From Octopus vulgaris (lineage: Eukaryota), in assembly GCA_951406725.2 (NCBI GenBank), contig OX597814.1, positions 109,554,001 to 109,618,000 on the forward strand: a DNA stretch of 64,000 nucleotides, written 5' to 3'. The notes beneath the pieces are model-generated. The model was not told the origin of the DNA. It did no database searches and saw nothing but the letters and a program-made list of their open reading frames with translations. Made by a program: the position numbers and the translations under genes. Shown here in pieces: positions 63,326 to 64,000 of this stretch. Each line of letters opens with the position of its first letter. Positions within the stretch are counted from its first letter, which is position 1.

Positions 63326-64000
63326 TTGACCTAAATACGAGTGTGTCAAACTGAAACCAAGTTGTGTTCCAGCTAAATCTGTATGTGTTGAATCGATGTG
63401 TTCCATTGCATTGACCTAAATATTTGTTAACTTAAAAATCTGTTGCAGTAAACCAGGGCACACTGACCTAAATACATGTGTTGACCCAAATATATGTGTT
63501 GCCCTGAAAATGTGTGAAGGACGTGAATCATGTCTCTGATGAATTAAATCATCAACTGTAGGGAGAGAGAGATGGGGTGAGGGGTGAGAGAGGTCAGGAG
63601 GGAGGGAGAGGGGGTGAAGAGAAAGGGGGAGGGAGAGAGAGGTAGAGAGGGCAGGATGGAGAGAGAGAGAGAAGGAGAGGAGGAGAGAGTGAGAGGGAGG
63701 AAGGGAGGGAAGGAGAGAGTGTGTTGACATTATTGTAAGAGTTTAGATGCAATCAAACTGTGTAAGGGAATACAGCTGTGGTTGCATTGTTTTCTTGAGC
63801 AAACCACTTCATTTCATGTTGTCCCAGTCCACTCAGCCGTAAATGGGTCACCCTGTGATGGACAGGTACCCCATTCAGAGGCAGTGTTGTGATCTCAGTC
63901 AGTTATACACCCTGGGAACTGGGTAACCAGGCCTATGGGGGCCTACCACTTGAAGACCATAATGTCCAGGCAATCTACACATGGACATATGTACATTTAC

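Overview
AT-rich eukaryotic genomic DNA dominated by repeats. The SINE families, microsatellite load and TE mix point to a coleoid cephalopod, most likely Octopus (inference from repeat recognition, not verified). Best-supported gene: a two-coding-exon TMEM121/CECR6-family membrane protein on + (26818-26983 joined to 28163-28896, 299 aa). A second, unnamed multi-exon + strand gene can be partly reconstructed from canonical exons between ~42.7 and 62.1 kb, downstream of a CpG-retaining region with a palindromic RFX X-box (34725-34737). A second X-box (5817-5830) precedes another possible set of small exons. The remainder is layered TE debris: tRNA-derived SINEs; LINE fragments of RTE, CR1, Tx1/L1, R4/Dong, CRE and HERO type; Tc1/mariner relics including a near-full-length DD36E (Incomer-like) element; non-autonomous Helitrons; hAT, piggyBac, Merlin and pogo-type MITEs; a solo LTR with TSD; and a ~125-bp-arm hairpin insertion. 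I found no CRISPR array, rRNA, functional tRNA or RNA-guided nuclease, and no clearly new biological system. Most ORFs in the supplied track are repeat artefacts.
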